NCBI GenBank assembly: GCA_002269645.1
Contig: NIVC01000774.1
Coordinates: 63,387 to 127,386, forward strand
Direction of reading: 5' to 3'
From: Macrostomum lignano
Taxonomy: Eukaryota
DNA length: 64,000 nucleotides
The notes beneath the pieces are model-generated. The model did no database searches, was not told the DNA's origin, and saw only the letters and a program-made list of their open reading frames with translations. Within the stretch, counting starts at the first letter, position 1. Every line of letters begins with the position of its first letter. This document shows positions 1 to 13,000 of this stretch, in pieces. Both the position numbers and the translations under genes were made by a program.

Positions 1-534
1 GCCGCTTCCTGCTAAGAGGTTGTATGACGGCGCCAGCAAGCTCACATGCGGAGCGGAAAGGTGGTGAATTGAGTCGGAGGCTGGGGCTCGCACGGAGCGC
101 ATGCTGATGCAGCTGATGCTGGCTGGAGGCTGGGAAAATTCTGTAGAGAGAGAAATTCACTGAGATTCGGTGCACAGCACTTATATAGCTACATGTAAAT
201 TGATCCAAGGCAGGAGTGTCGAGTCTCTCACAAAACTCTCATATAGTCAGATGAGCTTGATTGATCGGTCAGAGAATTTCGGCTGTATTGGCAACACGGC
301 CCCATGCTTAGCTAATGCCGAATGGGCCGCGATCTTCATCAAACACAGGCGGACAGTCCAGTTTATGTGTAAAATGACGCCAAGTTTGTAGGCCCTGCGC
401 AAGCTCGTAAAGGCGCAGCTCAGAAAGCCGGAAAAGTCGTTAGGCTAAGAATTGACTCCGAAAGGGCGCCGCTCCTTTTTGTATTTAAAAATCAGTCAAA
501 AAGGAAAGGTAGATTTAAGGACTCCGATGGATCC

Positions 535-1355
535 AATGAGCGGAAAGGCAGATTCAATGAGCGGAGAGGCAGATTCAATGAACGGAAAGGCAGATTCAAT
601 GAGCGGAGAGGCAGATTCAATGAACGGAAAGGCAGATTCGATGAGCGAAAAGGCAGATTCAATGAGCGGAGAGACAGATTCAATGAGTGGAGAGACAGAT
701 TTAATGAGCGGAGAGGCAGATTCAATAAGCGGAGAGGCAGATTTAATGAGCGGAGAGGCAGATTCAGGGACTGAATGAGCGGAGAGGCAGATTCAGGGAC
801 TGAATGAGTGGAAAGGCAGATTCAGGGACTGAATGAGCGGAGAGGCAGATTCAGGGACTGAATGAGCGGAGAGGCAGATTCAGGGAGCGGAGTGAGCGGA
901 GAGGCAGATTCAGGGACTGAATGAGCGGAGAGGCAGATTCAGGGAGCGGAGTGAGCGGAGAGGCAGATTCAGGGAGCGGAGTGAGCGGAGAGGCAGATTC
1001 AGGGACTGAATGAGCGGAGAGGCAGATTCAGGGAGCGGAGTGAGCGGAGAGGCAGATTCAGGGACTGAATGAGCGGAGAGGCAGATTCAGGGAGCGGAGT
1101 GAGCGGAGAGGCAGATTCAGGGAGCGGAGTGAGCGGAGAGGCAGATTCAGGGACTGAATGAGCGGAGAGGCAGATTCAGGGAGCGGAGTGAGCGGAGAGG
1201 CAGATTCAGGGAGCGGTGTGAGCGAAGAGGCAGATTCAGGGAGCGGAGTGAGCGGAGAGGCAGATTCAGGGACTGAATGAGCGGAGAGGCAGATTCAGGG
1301 AGCGGAGTGAGCGAAGAGGCAGATTCAGGGAGCGGAGTGAGCGGAGAGGCAGATT
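535..1355. repeat. Minisatellite with core GAGCGGAGAGGCAGATTCA; unit grows from 21 bp to 29/30 bp along the array
   Basis: Read directly: ~11 copies of a 21-bp unit (GAGCGGAGAGGCAGATTCAAT), then interspersed 29-bp (+GGGACTGAAT) and 30-bp (+GGGAGCGGAGT) units. The ORFs called here are repeat artefacts. Confidence 0.95.
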
Positions 1356-2284
1356 TAGAAATGAAACACGGAAGGAGAAACTCTAGTGCAAATAAATTTT
1401 TTATCAAGTAAAGTCCGCATAGCTATGAAGAATTAATCTCAGTGAGCAATCTCTGTGATTGATGCCTTTGCACTTAGCCAATGCTAGCTATAAATAGCCT
1501 GTTGCCGATATCGGTCGAACAGTGCAAAAGTGTTTCAAGCAATAAAAAAGCCAGTCAATTTTGGCATAAGCTTTTTGTTGGAGTGTCGGGCACAGTGTAT
1601 ATCGTCACAGATATCCAGTTTTTGATACTGTTATATATTTCTTCCATAGATGCAATGGTAAATAATGCGGCATCATTTGTAGTTGTGCAACGTAAAATGA
1701 GTTGGAAAAATATCAGGTTTAAAATAAAAATAAATAAATACGCTCGTACAGCCAGTAAACAGGAGGTTTGACACGGCGACTGGTGCAAAACAAAAATGAT
1801 AAAAAATAACAAAGGAGACTAGGTAAGACTCTGCAAATATAAGCAATAGAAGGAGTGCAGATTAGTGAAACTAATTGTCACTTGAGACAACAGCTATTAG
1901 AGTCCTACTCAACACCTTAAACAGAGATGAATGTTTATATACTATCCTAAACCAAGTGTTCTCACGCAATAGAATTTGGCTTGCAGTGCTCAAGCTGAAC
2001 AGAAAATATGAGTAACTGATCATGTTTCCACTTAAGCAGTGGCAGGAGTTGCTCAAGGAATCAAATATAGCATTTTCCACATCCGTTTTAAATAGGAAGC
2101 TCTTGTTCATGCCAGTGGGGATTTAAATATCTATAGAATATAATCTGACAGGATCATGCATTTAGCAAAGCCTTTTATTCATTTTTGATACTTTGTTGTG
2201 CAAAATCAAATTCATTATAAAATAAGCTTCGCTTGACATAAAATTGGGGAAGTGAGCTCTCAGAAAAGGCTTCCGTTAGTACCA

Positions 2285-2879
2285 ATAGCTTTCCGATAGC
2301 TTTCAGGTAGCTTTCAGGTAGCTTTCCGATAGCTTTCAGATAGCTTTCCGATAGCTTTCCGATAACTTTCAGATAGCTTTCCGGTAGCTTTCAGGTAGCT
2401 TTCCGATAGCTTTCAAATAGCTTTCCGATAGCTTTCAAATAGCTTTCCGATAGCTTTCAAATAGCTTTCCGATAGCTTTCCGATCGCTTTTAGGTAGCTT
2501 TCCGATAGCTTTTCGATAGCTTTCAGGTAGCTTTCCGATAGCTTTCAGGTAGCTTTCCGATAGCTTTCAGGTAGCTTTCAGGTAGCTTTCAGGTAGCTTT
2601 CAAATAGCTTTCAGATAGCTTTCAGGTAGCTTTCAAATAGCTTTCCGATAGCTTTCAGATAGCTTTCAAATAGCTTTCCGATAGCTTTCAGATAGCTTTC
2701 AAATAGCTTTCAGATAGCTTTCAGGTAGCTTTCAGATAGCTTTCCGATAGCTTTCAGGTAGCTTTCAGGTAGCTTTCAGATAGCTTTCCGATAGCTTTCA
2801 AATAGCTTTCCGATAGCTTTTCGATAGCTTTCCGATAGCTTTCCGATAGCTTTCAAATAGCTTTGCGATAGCTTTCCGA
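2285..2879. repeat. 11-bp minisatellite AGCTTTC(C/A)(G/A)(A/G)T, ~54 copies
   Basis: Read directly: agctttccgat / agctttcagat / agctttcaggt / agctttcaaat variants in tandem. Confidence 0.95.
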
Positions 2880-3061
2880 GAACTAACTGATTGTATCCAC
2901 CGACAAGCTCAAAATTTATTCAGCGATCCATCTACTTTAAGTAGGATATTAATGATTTCTTAGTCTATAATGGGGCCATTCAGCCATCACAGAGCCGCTA
3001 CATTAGCCAATCAAATATATCAGCAACCAGTCCATTCCCAGCAGGATATCAATGAGCCCTA

Positions 3062-5893
3062 TCAGTCACCCGATCCGCTCTCGTCATCGTTGATGCACTG
3101 CAGACTGTTCTGGCCAAACCATTCCGTCCAGTGGCCGGACATCAACTGGTGATAGAACGGCGTCAATGGCAGCTGAACGGCCAGGCAGCCGTGGAAAGGT
3201 GGCTCAGGCGGCAGCAGGGCGGCTGGCACGCAGGCGTGCAGGGCGGCCACATCGTCGCCGTGGTTGTGCACGCGGTCGGCCAGCTTGCTGGGCAGCAGGG
3301 CGGAAGCGACCCGGCAAGTTGTGTTGAAAAACCGGCCGCCGCGGACAACGTTCAGGGCGCAGACTCGGACCGGCAGGGCCTTGTGAACCACGGCCCGGTA
3401 GCGCCGGAAGTAGCGCAGGTCCAGGCGCCGGATGTGGCGCAGGGCAAGGCCGGACATGTCGAGCACGACTGAGACGCCGCAGACCTGCGACCGGAGTTTT
3501 GTGCTCATCAGAATAGTGCTAGGTGTAGGGTGCTGGGCGTTGCTTAGTGGGACCGGAAGTTGATGCTTAGTGGGACCGGAAGTTGATGCTTAGTGGGACC
3601 GGAGGGTGGAATGGTGGATGCTTAGTGGGACCAGAGGGCGATGCTTAGTGGGACCGGAGGGTGGATGCTTAGTGGGACTGGAGGGTGATGCTTAGTGGGA
3701 CTAGAGGGTGATGCTTAGTGGGACTGGAGGGTGATGCTTAGTGGGACTGGAGGGCGATGCTTAGTGGGACCGGAGGGTGGAATGGTGGATGCTTAGTGGG
3801 ACCAGAGGGCGATGCTTAGTGGGACCGGAGGGTGGATGCTTAGTGGGACTGGAGGGTGATGCTTAGTGGGACTAGAGGGTGATGCTTAGTGGGACTGGAG
3901 GGTGATGCTTAGTGGGACTGGAGGGCGATGCTTAGTGGGACCGGAGGGCGATGCTTAGTGGGACCGGAGGGTGATGCTTAGTGGGACCGGAGGGTGGATG
4001 CTTAGTGGGACCGGAGGGTGGATGCTTAGTGGGACTGGAGGGTGGATGCTTAGTGGGACCGGAGGGCGATGCTTAGTGGGACCGGAGGGTGATGCTTAGT
4101 GGGACCGGAGGGTGATGCTTAGTGGGACCGGAGGGCGATGCTTAGTGGGACTGGAGGGTGATGCTTAGTGGGACCGGAGGGTGGAAAGGTGGATGCTTAG
4201 TGGGACCGGAAGGTGATGCTTAGTGGGACCGGAGGGTGGAATGGTGGATGCTGAGTGGAACCGGAAGGTGATGCTTAGTGGGACCGGAGGGTGGAATGGT
4301 GGATGCTTAGTGGGACCGGAAGGTGATGCTTAGTGGGACCGGAGGGTGATGCTTAGTGGGACCGGAAGGTGATGCTTAGTGGGACCGGAGGGTGGATGCT
4401 GAGTGGGACCGGAGGGTGATGCTTAGTGGGACCGGAGGGGATGCTTAGTGGGACCAGAGGGTAGAATGGGGGATGCTTAGTGGGACTGTAGGGTGATGCT
4501 TAGTGGGACCGGAGGGTGATGCTTAGTGGACTGGAGGGTGATGCTTAGTGGGACTGGAGGGTGATGCTTAGTGGGACTGGAGGGTGATGCTTAGTGGGAC
4601 CGGAGGGGATGCTTAGTGGGACCAGAGGGTGGAATTGGGGATGCTTAGTGGGACCGGAGGGCGATGCTTAGTGGGACCGGAGGGCGATGCTTAGTGGGAC
4701 CGGAGGGTGATGCTTAGTGGACTGGAGGGTGATGCTTAGTGGACTGGAGGGTGATGCTTAGTGGGACTAGAGGGTGATGCTTAGTGGGACCAGAGGGGAT
4801 GCTTAGTGGGACCAGAGGGTGGAATGGGGGATGCTTAGTGGGACCGGAGGGGATGCTTAGTGGGACCAGAGGGTGGAATGGGGGATGCTTAGTGGGACCG
4901 AAGGGCGATGCTTAGTGGGACCGGAGGGTGATGCTTAGTGGACTGGAGGGTGATGCTTAGTGGACTGGAGGGTGATGCTTAGTGGACTGGAGGGTGATGC
5001 TTAGTGGGACTAGAGGGTGATGCTTAGTGGGACCAGAGGGGATGCTTAGTGGGACCAGAGGGTGGAATGGGGGATGCTTAGTGGGACCGGAGGGCGATGC
5101 TTAGTGGGACTGGAGGGTGATGCTTAGTGGGACCGGAGGGTGATGCTTAGTGGGACCGGAGGGTGATGCTTAGTGGGACCGGAGGGTGGATGCTTAGTGG
5201 GACCGGAGGGTGGATGCTTAGTGGGACCGGAGGGTGGATGCTTAGTGGGACCGGAAGTTGATGCTTGTTACAATATGGGTGATGATTTTCAGATGATTAC
5301 TGATGAGATCAGGCGGTTGATCTTTGATAGGATTCCATAATTTTTTAAGTTTTCCGTGATCACAAACGCAGAAGATGCCTAACCTGAGTATCCTCTTCCT
5401 CTAGCAGGGCCTCCATGACAACGCAGGTAGCCCGCACGAGTTCAGTGCTGGAGTACTTGGCGCAGTCCCAGAGGCCCAGTCTGTACAGCACGATCCGCCT
5501 GCCCTCACCGTCCCTATGAGGCAGCACAACAAGCACGCCGTCCTCAAGCACAGGCCGCACCCCAGCTGGTCCATAGTCGTCAAATACGTCAGGGAATTTG
5601 CGCCTTACTCGCAGATAAGCTCTAATCCGTTTGTGCGCGCCGTCGACGTTAAACTTGCGGTGGCGAAGGAACTTCAATAAGAAGGCGTCGTCCGTGCGAC
5701 AACGCATGGTAGCATCCGATTGAATGGCGGAGCGCAGAGCTGACAGGGCGGCAGACCGGGTCTCCGGGGTCTCGCCCAGCTCCTGTTCAGCGCGCCTGCG
5801 GGCCGCCTCGGAGAGGCCGCTGGCTGACTGCTGCTGCTGCTGCTGGCATGCGCCCAGCGCAGTCAGCTGAGGGGCTCTGGCGGCGTCAGTCAT
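3062..5893 (-). CDS. CRAL-TRIO (Sec14-like) lipid-binding protein, alpha-tocopherol transfer protein/clavesin-like; 2 exons (5893-5384, 3484-3062), ~310 aa
   Basis: Exon 1 has TDDAFLLKFLRHRKFNVDGA (CRAL-TRIO N-domain) and LPHRDGEGRRIV. A GT donor at 5383 and AG acceptor at 3486-3485 join ...EEEDTQ|VCGVSVVLDMSG in phase 0. Exon 2 has LPVRV...LLPSKLADRVHNHG and LHACVPAALLP; stop TGA 3064-3062. Confidence 0.9.
3541..5266. repeat. ~23-bp G-rich minisatellite GATGCTTAGTGGGAC(C/T)GGAGGGT filling the CRAL-TRIO intron
   Basis: Read directly: ~70 copies with 22-32-bp variants; occupies ~90% of intron 3485-5383. Confidence 0.95.
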
Positions 5894-7067
5894 GCAATTA
5901 TGAGAATAAAAATATTGATTAATACTGTTTGAAATGAATTGTTTCTGCAGCTGTGGAGTCAATTCATACTTATAGTGAAATATGACCAAAATACATTTTT
6001 GCCTAAACTAGCCAACCAAAAATAAATTTACATTTTGTCTATCTAAATAGTGTCAAAAGAATGATTTATATTGGATGACACAAGGCAAATAAAAAAATTC
6101 TATCATTTTTGTATATATGGTAAAGAAACATTTTAAAATTCCACAAAAACATGCAAAATGCCTAGCTTTAAAAAAGTTTATTATAATAATATAAAAAGAA
6201 TATTTTATCCAAAAGGCATATGGCCATCTTTATAGTTATTTGTTTAGGACTTTGTTTGAATTTAACAAAATAAAAGGAAGTAGTGGCATTAATGCTTTAG
6301 ATTTTTATTCATTAAAAAAATTTTAAAAACCTAATTAGAAAGATATTTTTGTTATTAATCTTATATGGTTCAAAGATTTTTTTTACTAATTACCAATAAA
6401 AACCAGAATAAAAGTAGATTTTTATAAACACAAATCAAATAAAGACAAAATATTATGCTAGTATAATTTTAGTTTCATGCAGTTTTTTTATTTATCTTCT
6501 AAAATGAAATATGTTATTTTGTAACTTCTTTTTTGACACATTATTCTATTACTTTTGTCGAAAAGAATATTATTTCAACTTGCATCGCACTATAGTCTAT
6601 AGACTGTTCATAATAATAGTAATAATCTATTGTTATATTAAATTTTATCAATGAAAACGAACAAAAGAGAAAATCCTAATTTTTGTCCTTAAATTTAAAA
6701 ATAACAGCGAAATAGTTTAATGGCACAATAATCCGTATGTGCTGGCTAAAATATTAAAACTTAATCAGTACAATAATCATCTTGGAAATAAAAGCGGACT
6801 GTTTAATCGATAACTTTAAAAACAGTATTAAAATCATTAAAACATCATAACAAACATAAACTGAATTTAGAAGTAAGACGAACGAAAAATGTTACAAACT
6901 AATAAAAGCTTTTCTTTTCTTATTTTAAAAAATTAAAAAGATATAGATTATTTATTTTCAGTGAATCTAAGCTCAATTTTTTTGTTGATTGCATCCGTTT
7001 TTGAGTGAATGAAAGTGCGAGAATTTACTTTTCTTGACATGCAATTGGAGTCGCCGAGGCTTTTGAA

Positions 7068-10000
7068 ATGGCGGCTACGGATAGCCAGCTGCTAAATAAT
7101 AGCAATCTGAGGAGACTCGGAGCAATGAATGATCCAAAAGTTTCAAGGTAAAGTTATCAAATACCACTGGCGATTCATGTTTGTGAAAATATGCCGATGG
7201 AAAGGGAAATTACTTTCATCGTCCCAGCCGTCTAACGATTCTTAGATACAACTGGCTCTGAATAATCCTGCAATAAGTATTGTGTTTTAAATCGAGAGCA
7301 AATTTTCTTTACTCAATTTACCGACATGCGACCTACATATTTATATGCGGAGTTACAGTAAGCAGTTACTTTTTCTGATTTTAGCTAGCAACTAGCGACC
7401 ATTTTGGCAGGTATCCTACACTTTTTATTGTATTAAATAAAAAGCTACTTAACTCAGTTTACAGAAGGGCCTATGCATCCAATTTTCGAAAAGCATTCGG
7501 TCCTTTTAACCACTATAAAATCTGCTTTGCAAAATTCTGCTAGCTATGACTATATACGTTTTCATAATAAATCAAATTTCAGAGTCAACCTTTCTCGACC
7601 GGGCCATCTAAACAGCCTTGAAGACGCAAACGCATTGCGACTACGCATCAACCGGGTCAGCTTGGTGCAGCAACTAAATGTTTACCCCGTACTGGACATT
7701 CTCTGGAGGGAGAAAATCCTCAGTGATGCTGATTTAAAACTGATTAAACGGGGAAGCTCGAAGGCAGATCATACGCGCATTCTTCTTGATATTTTGCCTA
7801 CAAAAGACCAGCATACCCAATGGTACCTAAGATTTCGGTGAGTCTCAGTCATTTTTAAATAGATAGTTAAAGTGGGCCAATTATTTTACACAGATTATTC
7901 CGTCATTCAGTGTTCAGTGCCAAAGGTTGTTTCACTTCTCGATTCTCAGGGAGGCTCTGCAGAAGACTGCCGAACTCGATCCAGCAACGCAGCGGCAGCA
8001 CACGATGCTGGTTTCATTCCTAGATAATACCATTGTCCAGCGTCCACTCCAGCTGCCAACAGCCGCAGCAAAGCAGCAGCACGCGCAGAAGCAGCCCCTG
8101 GCCAGTGGAAAGCGACAGCTGGTGCAAATCCTGCCAAGCATCCCCAAAGACGAATCGACAGCGGACTCAGCCGAGGCGGCCTCTCATAAAGCGCTGTGGA
8201 AGCAGCTGAAGGAGGCAGCCAATCCGCCAAAGTCGGCGGCTCCGCGACCGCCGCCCTCTTATCGAGAGCGACTGGCCGAGCTGCCACCGGAGCTGGTAGA
8301 GGCCTACGGGTAAGAATTGGTTGGGGACACTGCATGCAGGAGAAAGCAGGAGGACATAACCCTAATAATGGTGAGAATTCATTGCAAACAAATTTATCGT
8401 GTAAAAGTACAATCGAATTCAAGACTAGAAGGACACTGCACTCGGAACTGGGTGCGAAAATAATTTGAAGGCCGATTTTTACCTTCGCTTGACTCTTACT
8501 CCATTACATGTATCAATACTTCTCATTATACATGTAGTTGAATACCTGTAATCAATGGTAAATTTTGCCTAGCACAGATGGCATTATTCCATACTTATTT
8601 CAAGCCAATGCGACTGGAGGGTGGATAGATAATAATAAGGATTGTAAAGCAGTCACGTGATGAAGTTTGTTCGTGAGGTGAATGTACACTGAGGAGCGGC
8701 TGTGGCCAAAATTAATTGCTATTATATCTGGGTGAAAGTGCATATACAATGACCATACAATTTTGTGATACTTCGCTTGTCGCTTATCACATGTGGAAAG
8801 AGATTAGAAGAAAAAGGTTGCATTTACTACTTACAAGTACCACAAATGCAGGAAACACAGGAGATGTCGAAGATGTTTGCTGCAATTGAATAAATACACG
8901 TTCACTGGCAATCATTCCGCAGGGCATGGCGCACAGACAAGACCGAGTCCATGCTGCGCCGGGAACGCGAAGCCCTGAAGCGAGTGCGCGCCGCTGATTA
9001 CTTCCTCGCCTGCCTGACGGCCTCGGGCGGCGACACGGTTGACAAGTCGTCGACTGCGCCGCTGATGTGCCTGCACGCGCCCGTGAAGCGGCTGCTGAAG
9101 GATGCCAGACATTCGCACATGGCCTACAAGCACTTTCACCTGCTGTCCAGCCGCCACCTGGTGTCCCTGGCGCCCGCCCTGGCCGCCTCCTACTGCGCTC
9201 TGGTCGGCCGGTTTGCCGTTTGGTCCCCGTTCGCCGCCCGCAAGCTGGCCAGGCACGGCTTCCGCCTGTTCGACTTTCTCGAAGGCCTGTGCGAATTCCG
9301 GCTGTGCGAACTGGTGGCCGCCGCTCTCGCTGAATTCGCCGCCCGAGGCGCCGGCCTCGCCTCGCTGGTGCCCAGCTTCCGGGCCGGAGTCCGCCTCATG
9401 GAGGCCCGGCTCAACAACGCCCAGCTGGCTCTGGCCGACGCAGCTCGACTGGCCGCCAGCGAAGCCGCTGGACGCATCGTCGGGTGTCCTTCGGCCAGGA
9501 GCTGCTCAACCAGTCGGAGCTGTTGGCGCTGACTGGCCGGCTGCTGCTTGAGCAGGGCAGCCTGCTGCCTGCGCAGACCTGCTTCGCGACGGCTGTCAAT
9601 GCAAGTTGGGCTGGGCTGGTGGCTTCTGGCGTTTTCAACAGATGCTCTGGTATGCCAGCGGCCCAGGCTCGATTCCAAGTTCAGCCACATTAGTTTGGGG
9701 CTGAATCGGAATCTCGGCTTGGCTCTGCTCCTACAATTAACGGCCTGGAGGGCCAATCCCCAAGGCACAGTGAAGTGTACATGCCTAACGATAAATAAAG
9801 TTAGGGCCGCTGTACACTCCTGTGTGAGTGTGTGCCTGTGCGTATGACTGCGTACGTATCCGCGCGCTTGTGTGCCTGCTCAGGGGAGTCGGCGGAATGG
9901 GCACCCAATAAACATAACTAAAAAATGACTAATTAATAAATCCTTGTCCATTATTACCCCAGTAATGCCTCTATCCGGTTGTGTGACAATGTCGCTTAAA

Positions 10001-13000
10001 GTGGGCCAGGGTGCACACAACTCCCCTGCCTCTAATCTTCGTAGTCAAGACGGCGTCGTAGTCAAGCACGTACGACTCAAAGATCATGTAATTTTTGGAG
10101 GCCATTTTCTTAGAAAAAAATGCATTGCGGCGGTAGGAAAAATCATTTTTTCATCCCAAAATCAATGATCGCATTTGATCTGGGGCGGTGAAGATGACTC
10201 GTATCATTCTTTTAATTAAGAATGCACAACATGGTACTCTGTTATATTTTATGTGTAGTGAAATTTTCATTTCATACTATTTCATAAGCCGTTATTATTG
10301 TGCACTAACTGTCTGTATGCATGTAGGAACTATGCAATAATTTACATTGAAGTGGAATTTTACCTACAAGAATGGCTCAAGAGTTGCAAAACTTTTATTG
10401 CTTGATTCAAGAAGGAACAAAACAAGAAGTTAAGCTAATGCACTTGTGAGTATTTACAACTTTGGGCTTATGAAATAGAAAGAAAACAATAGGAAAATGA
10501 GACAATATAAAATATAACTGAGTAACATGTTGTGCATGCTAAATAAAATAATGGTAATCTTCACCGCCCCAGATCAAATAAAATCATTGATTTTGTGATG
10601 AAGAAATGATTTTTTCCACAGTTTATCTTTTCCAGGAAATAGGCCTCCAAAAAATAACTCGATCTCTGAGTTTAACGTCCTGTTACACTGCAGTGGTCCT
10701 TGGTCTTAGTATAGGTGGGCGTCTTCTATTGCTCGCCACACCGCAATACAACAAGAATGCAATGCATACGAACTTCCAGAAAGTGGACCTGACCGACATG
10801 AACACTGTGTTCAAAGTTCTGTACTATTCGCTAGACGTTTACCTGGTCAGGTACGAAGAAATCAAGGCTGAAAAACTGGCTGTGGCCTGCGTTCAGCACG
10901 CGCAGTGAGTCCTGAGCTCTGTTGGCAGCAATGTTACTCCAGTCAACGCGCCATCCATGCATCATCAAAGCGTAAAAACGAAATCTTATTGAATCCAATT
11001 GCAGAAAATTTTTTAAGCCGCACTCGCCGCAGTACGTCAAGGCGCTGCTCAACTACGTGAAATTCTCCAACACCTTCAAGAAGGACGCCTTCGGAGTCGA
11101 AGTTGCCACGGTGGGTTTCTGGGCATATTTACTGATGCACTTTTATGATCGAACCAACCTTCTACTGCGTGCTAATGGTGTGGGCCAGTAAGTCCAAATT
11201 AAGGGGTGTGGTTCCAGACCGGCTTCCATTCTTCCAGGCGTGGTTCCAGACCGGCTTCCATTCTTCCAGGCGTGGGTACATTCTGGATTCCATTCTTCCA
11301 GGCGTGGGTACATTCTGGATTCCATTCTTCCAAGCGTGGGTACATTCTGGATTCCATTCTTCCAGGCGTGGGTACATTCTGGATTCCATTCTTCCAGGCG
11401 TGGGTACATTCTGGATTCCATTCTTCCAACCGGCTTCCATTCTTCCTGCAGGTGTGGGTACAGACCGTCTTCCATTCTTCCAGATGTTCAATAATAATAA
11501 TAATTTATTACACCTGCCCCAATTCGGCCAGATGTGCAACCGACAGCTCAGCCGCAGCTATTGCGCGGCGCATCTGAAGGCTGCGTACGGCTGTTCAGTC
11601 CAAGGACTGGGGGGTCGCCACACCCAACCCTCAATTACCCCAGCTAATGCTGGCATCCATTTTACAGCTGGTTGAACTGAAGCAATGCAGAGTTAATTGT
11701 CTTGCTCAAGGACGCAAATTGTTTCAGTGGGATCGGGAATCGAACCCCCGACCTTCAAGTCATATGTCCGACACTCTAACCACTATAGGCTACAACCCCC
11801 TCCAGGCGTTCAGTTACATTGAATGTAAAAAATCGCTAAGTCAGTAGGGATACGAGTGCAAACCACAGCGATCCAGAGCCACACCGGATCTGCACACTTC
11901 AGAACGCTGCCCTGTTCGCCCACGCCGTCATGGGCTACGAGCACCCGCTGCTGGCCGAGGCCCAGTCGCTGCTGGCGCTGGCCCAGCTGCTGGCCAATCC
12001 CGGCCGAGGAATCAATTCTTCGGCTCAGAGCCCGTCCGACCTGGCCCTGGCCGCCATTCAAACCGGACAGGACGCCTATCCGGCCGGACACCCGTTGCTG
12101 GCCAGTCTCATGGTGAATTTCGGCCAGGTCGTGCTACTGGAACTCGGACAGCCGGCCGACAGCCCAGAAGCCGCCAGTCATCCGCACAGCCAGTCCGCGC
12201 TGGCCCACTGCCAGCTGGCGGTGGCCGCCCTGGCCGGCGCCCTCGGCGAGCGGAGCCCGGCCACCGCGCGGGCCCGCCTGATTCTCGGCCAGCTGCTGGC
12301 CAGGCTGGGCGACGTCAAGGCGGCCGGGGAGCAGCTGCGGCGAGCGCACGCCGCGCTGACGCGGGCCGGCGGCCAGCAAACGCAGCCGCAGCAACAGCCG
12401 CAGCAAGCTCGGAGCCACGTGCTGCTGCGTTTCCTGCTGGAGTATGCCAAGTTTTTCAGGTTGGTTACCTGGAGCATTCTCTTTTGAAGTCTAAAATGTA
12501 AGGGTTGGGAGGCTGACACATTACTCATAATTTGGATCTGCTCGCGCAATTGCACAGTGAAGTGTACATGCCTAACGATAAATAAAGTTAAGGGCCGCTG
12601 TACACTCCTGTGTACGACTGCGTATGACTGCGTACGTATCCGCGCGCTTGTGTGCCTGCCCAGGGGAGTCGGCGGAATGGGCAGTAATGCCTCTCGCCGG
12701 TTGAGTGACAATGTCGCTTGAAGTGCGCCAGGGTGCACACAGTCGGGGCCGCATCAGTGGAATGACTACTTGCGGCCTTCGCTGACTGCGCATCGAATTC
12801 AGTTGCTTTATCCAGTTTCGTGTTGACGTTCAGAAAGTAGCAATAGAAACTTAGATAAGCATAGTTATCGTGACAAAGACTTTTTCTGCGCCTGGGCTGA
12901 GCATTCGTCTCCAGAATTTTCCTCTCTTCAAAAATCGCGCAGGCAGAGCGGGCAGCTCCAGCAGGCACTGCTGCTGGCCAAGCAGGTCGCCGAGACCACC

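Noticed and set aside
452-1407. ORFs with SMSGEAD / SLNLPLR repeats
   Set aside because: Translations of the minisatellite, with no splice or domain support.
9904-9961. 58-bp AT-rich insert in SINE copy A as a mini-transposon
   Set aside because: No TIR or convincing TSD and no second copy in the window.
11730-11800. Functional tRNA gene (also 47343-47400, 55883-55960, 50070-50130)
   Set aside because: A/B boxes are present but there is no complete cloverleaf or acceptor stem, and they continue into SINE bodies. The 50070 copy is too degenerate to call.
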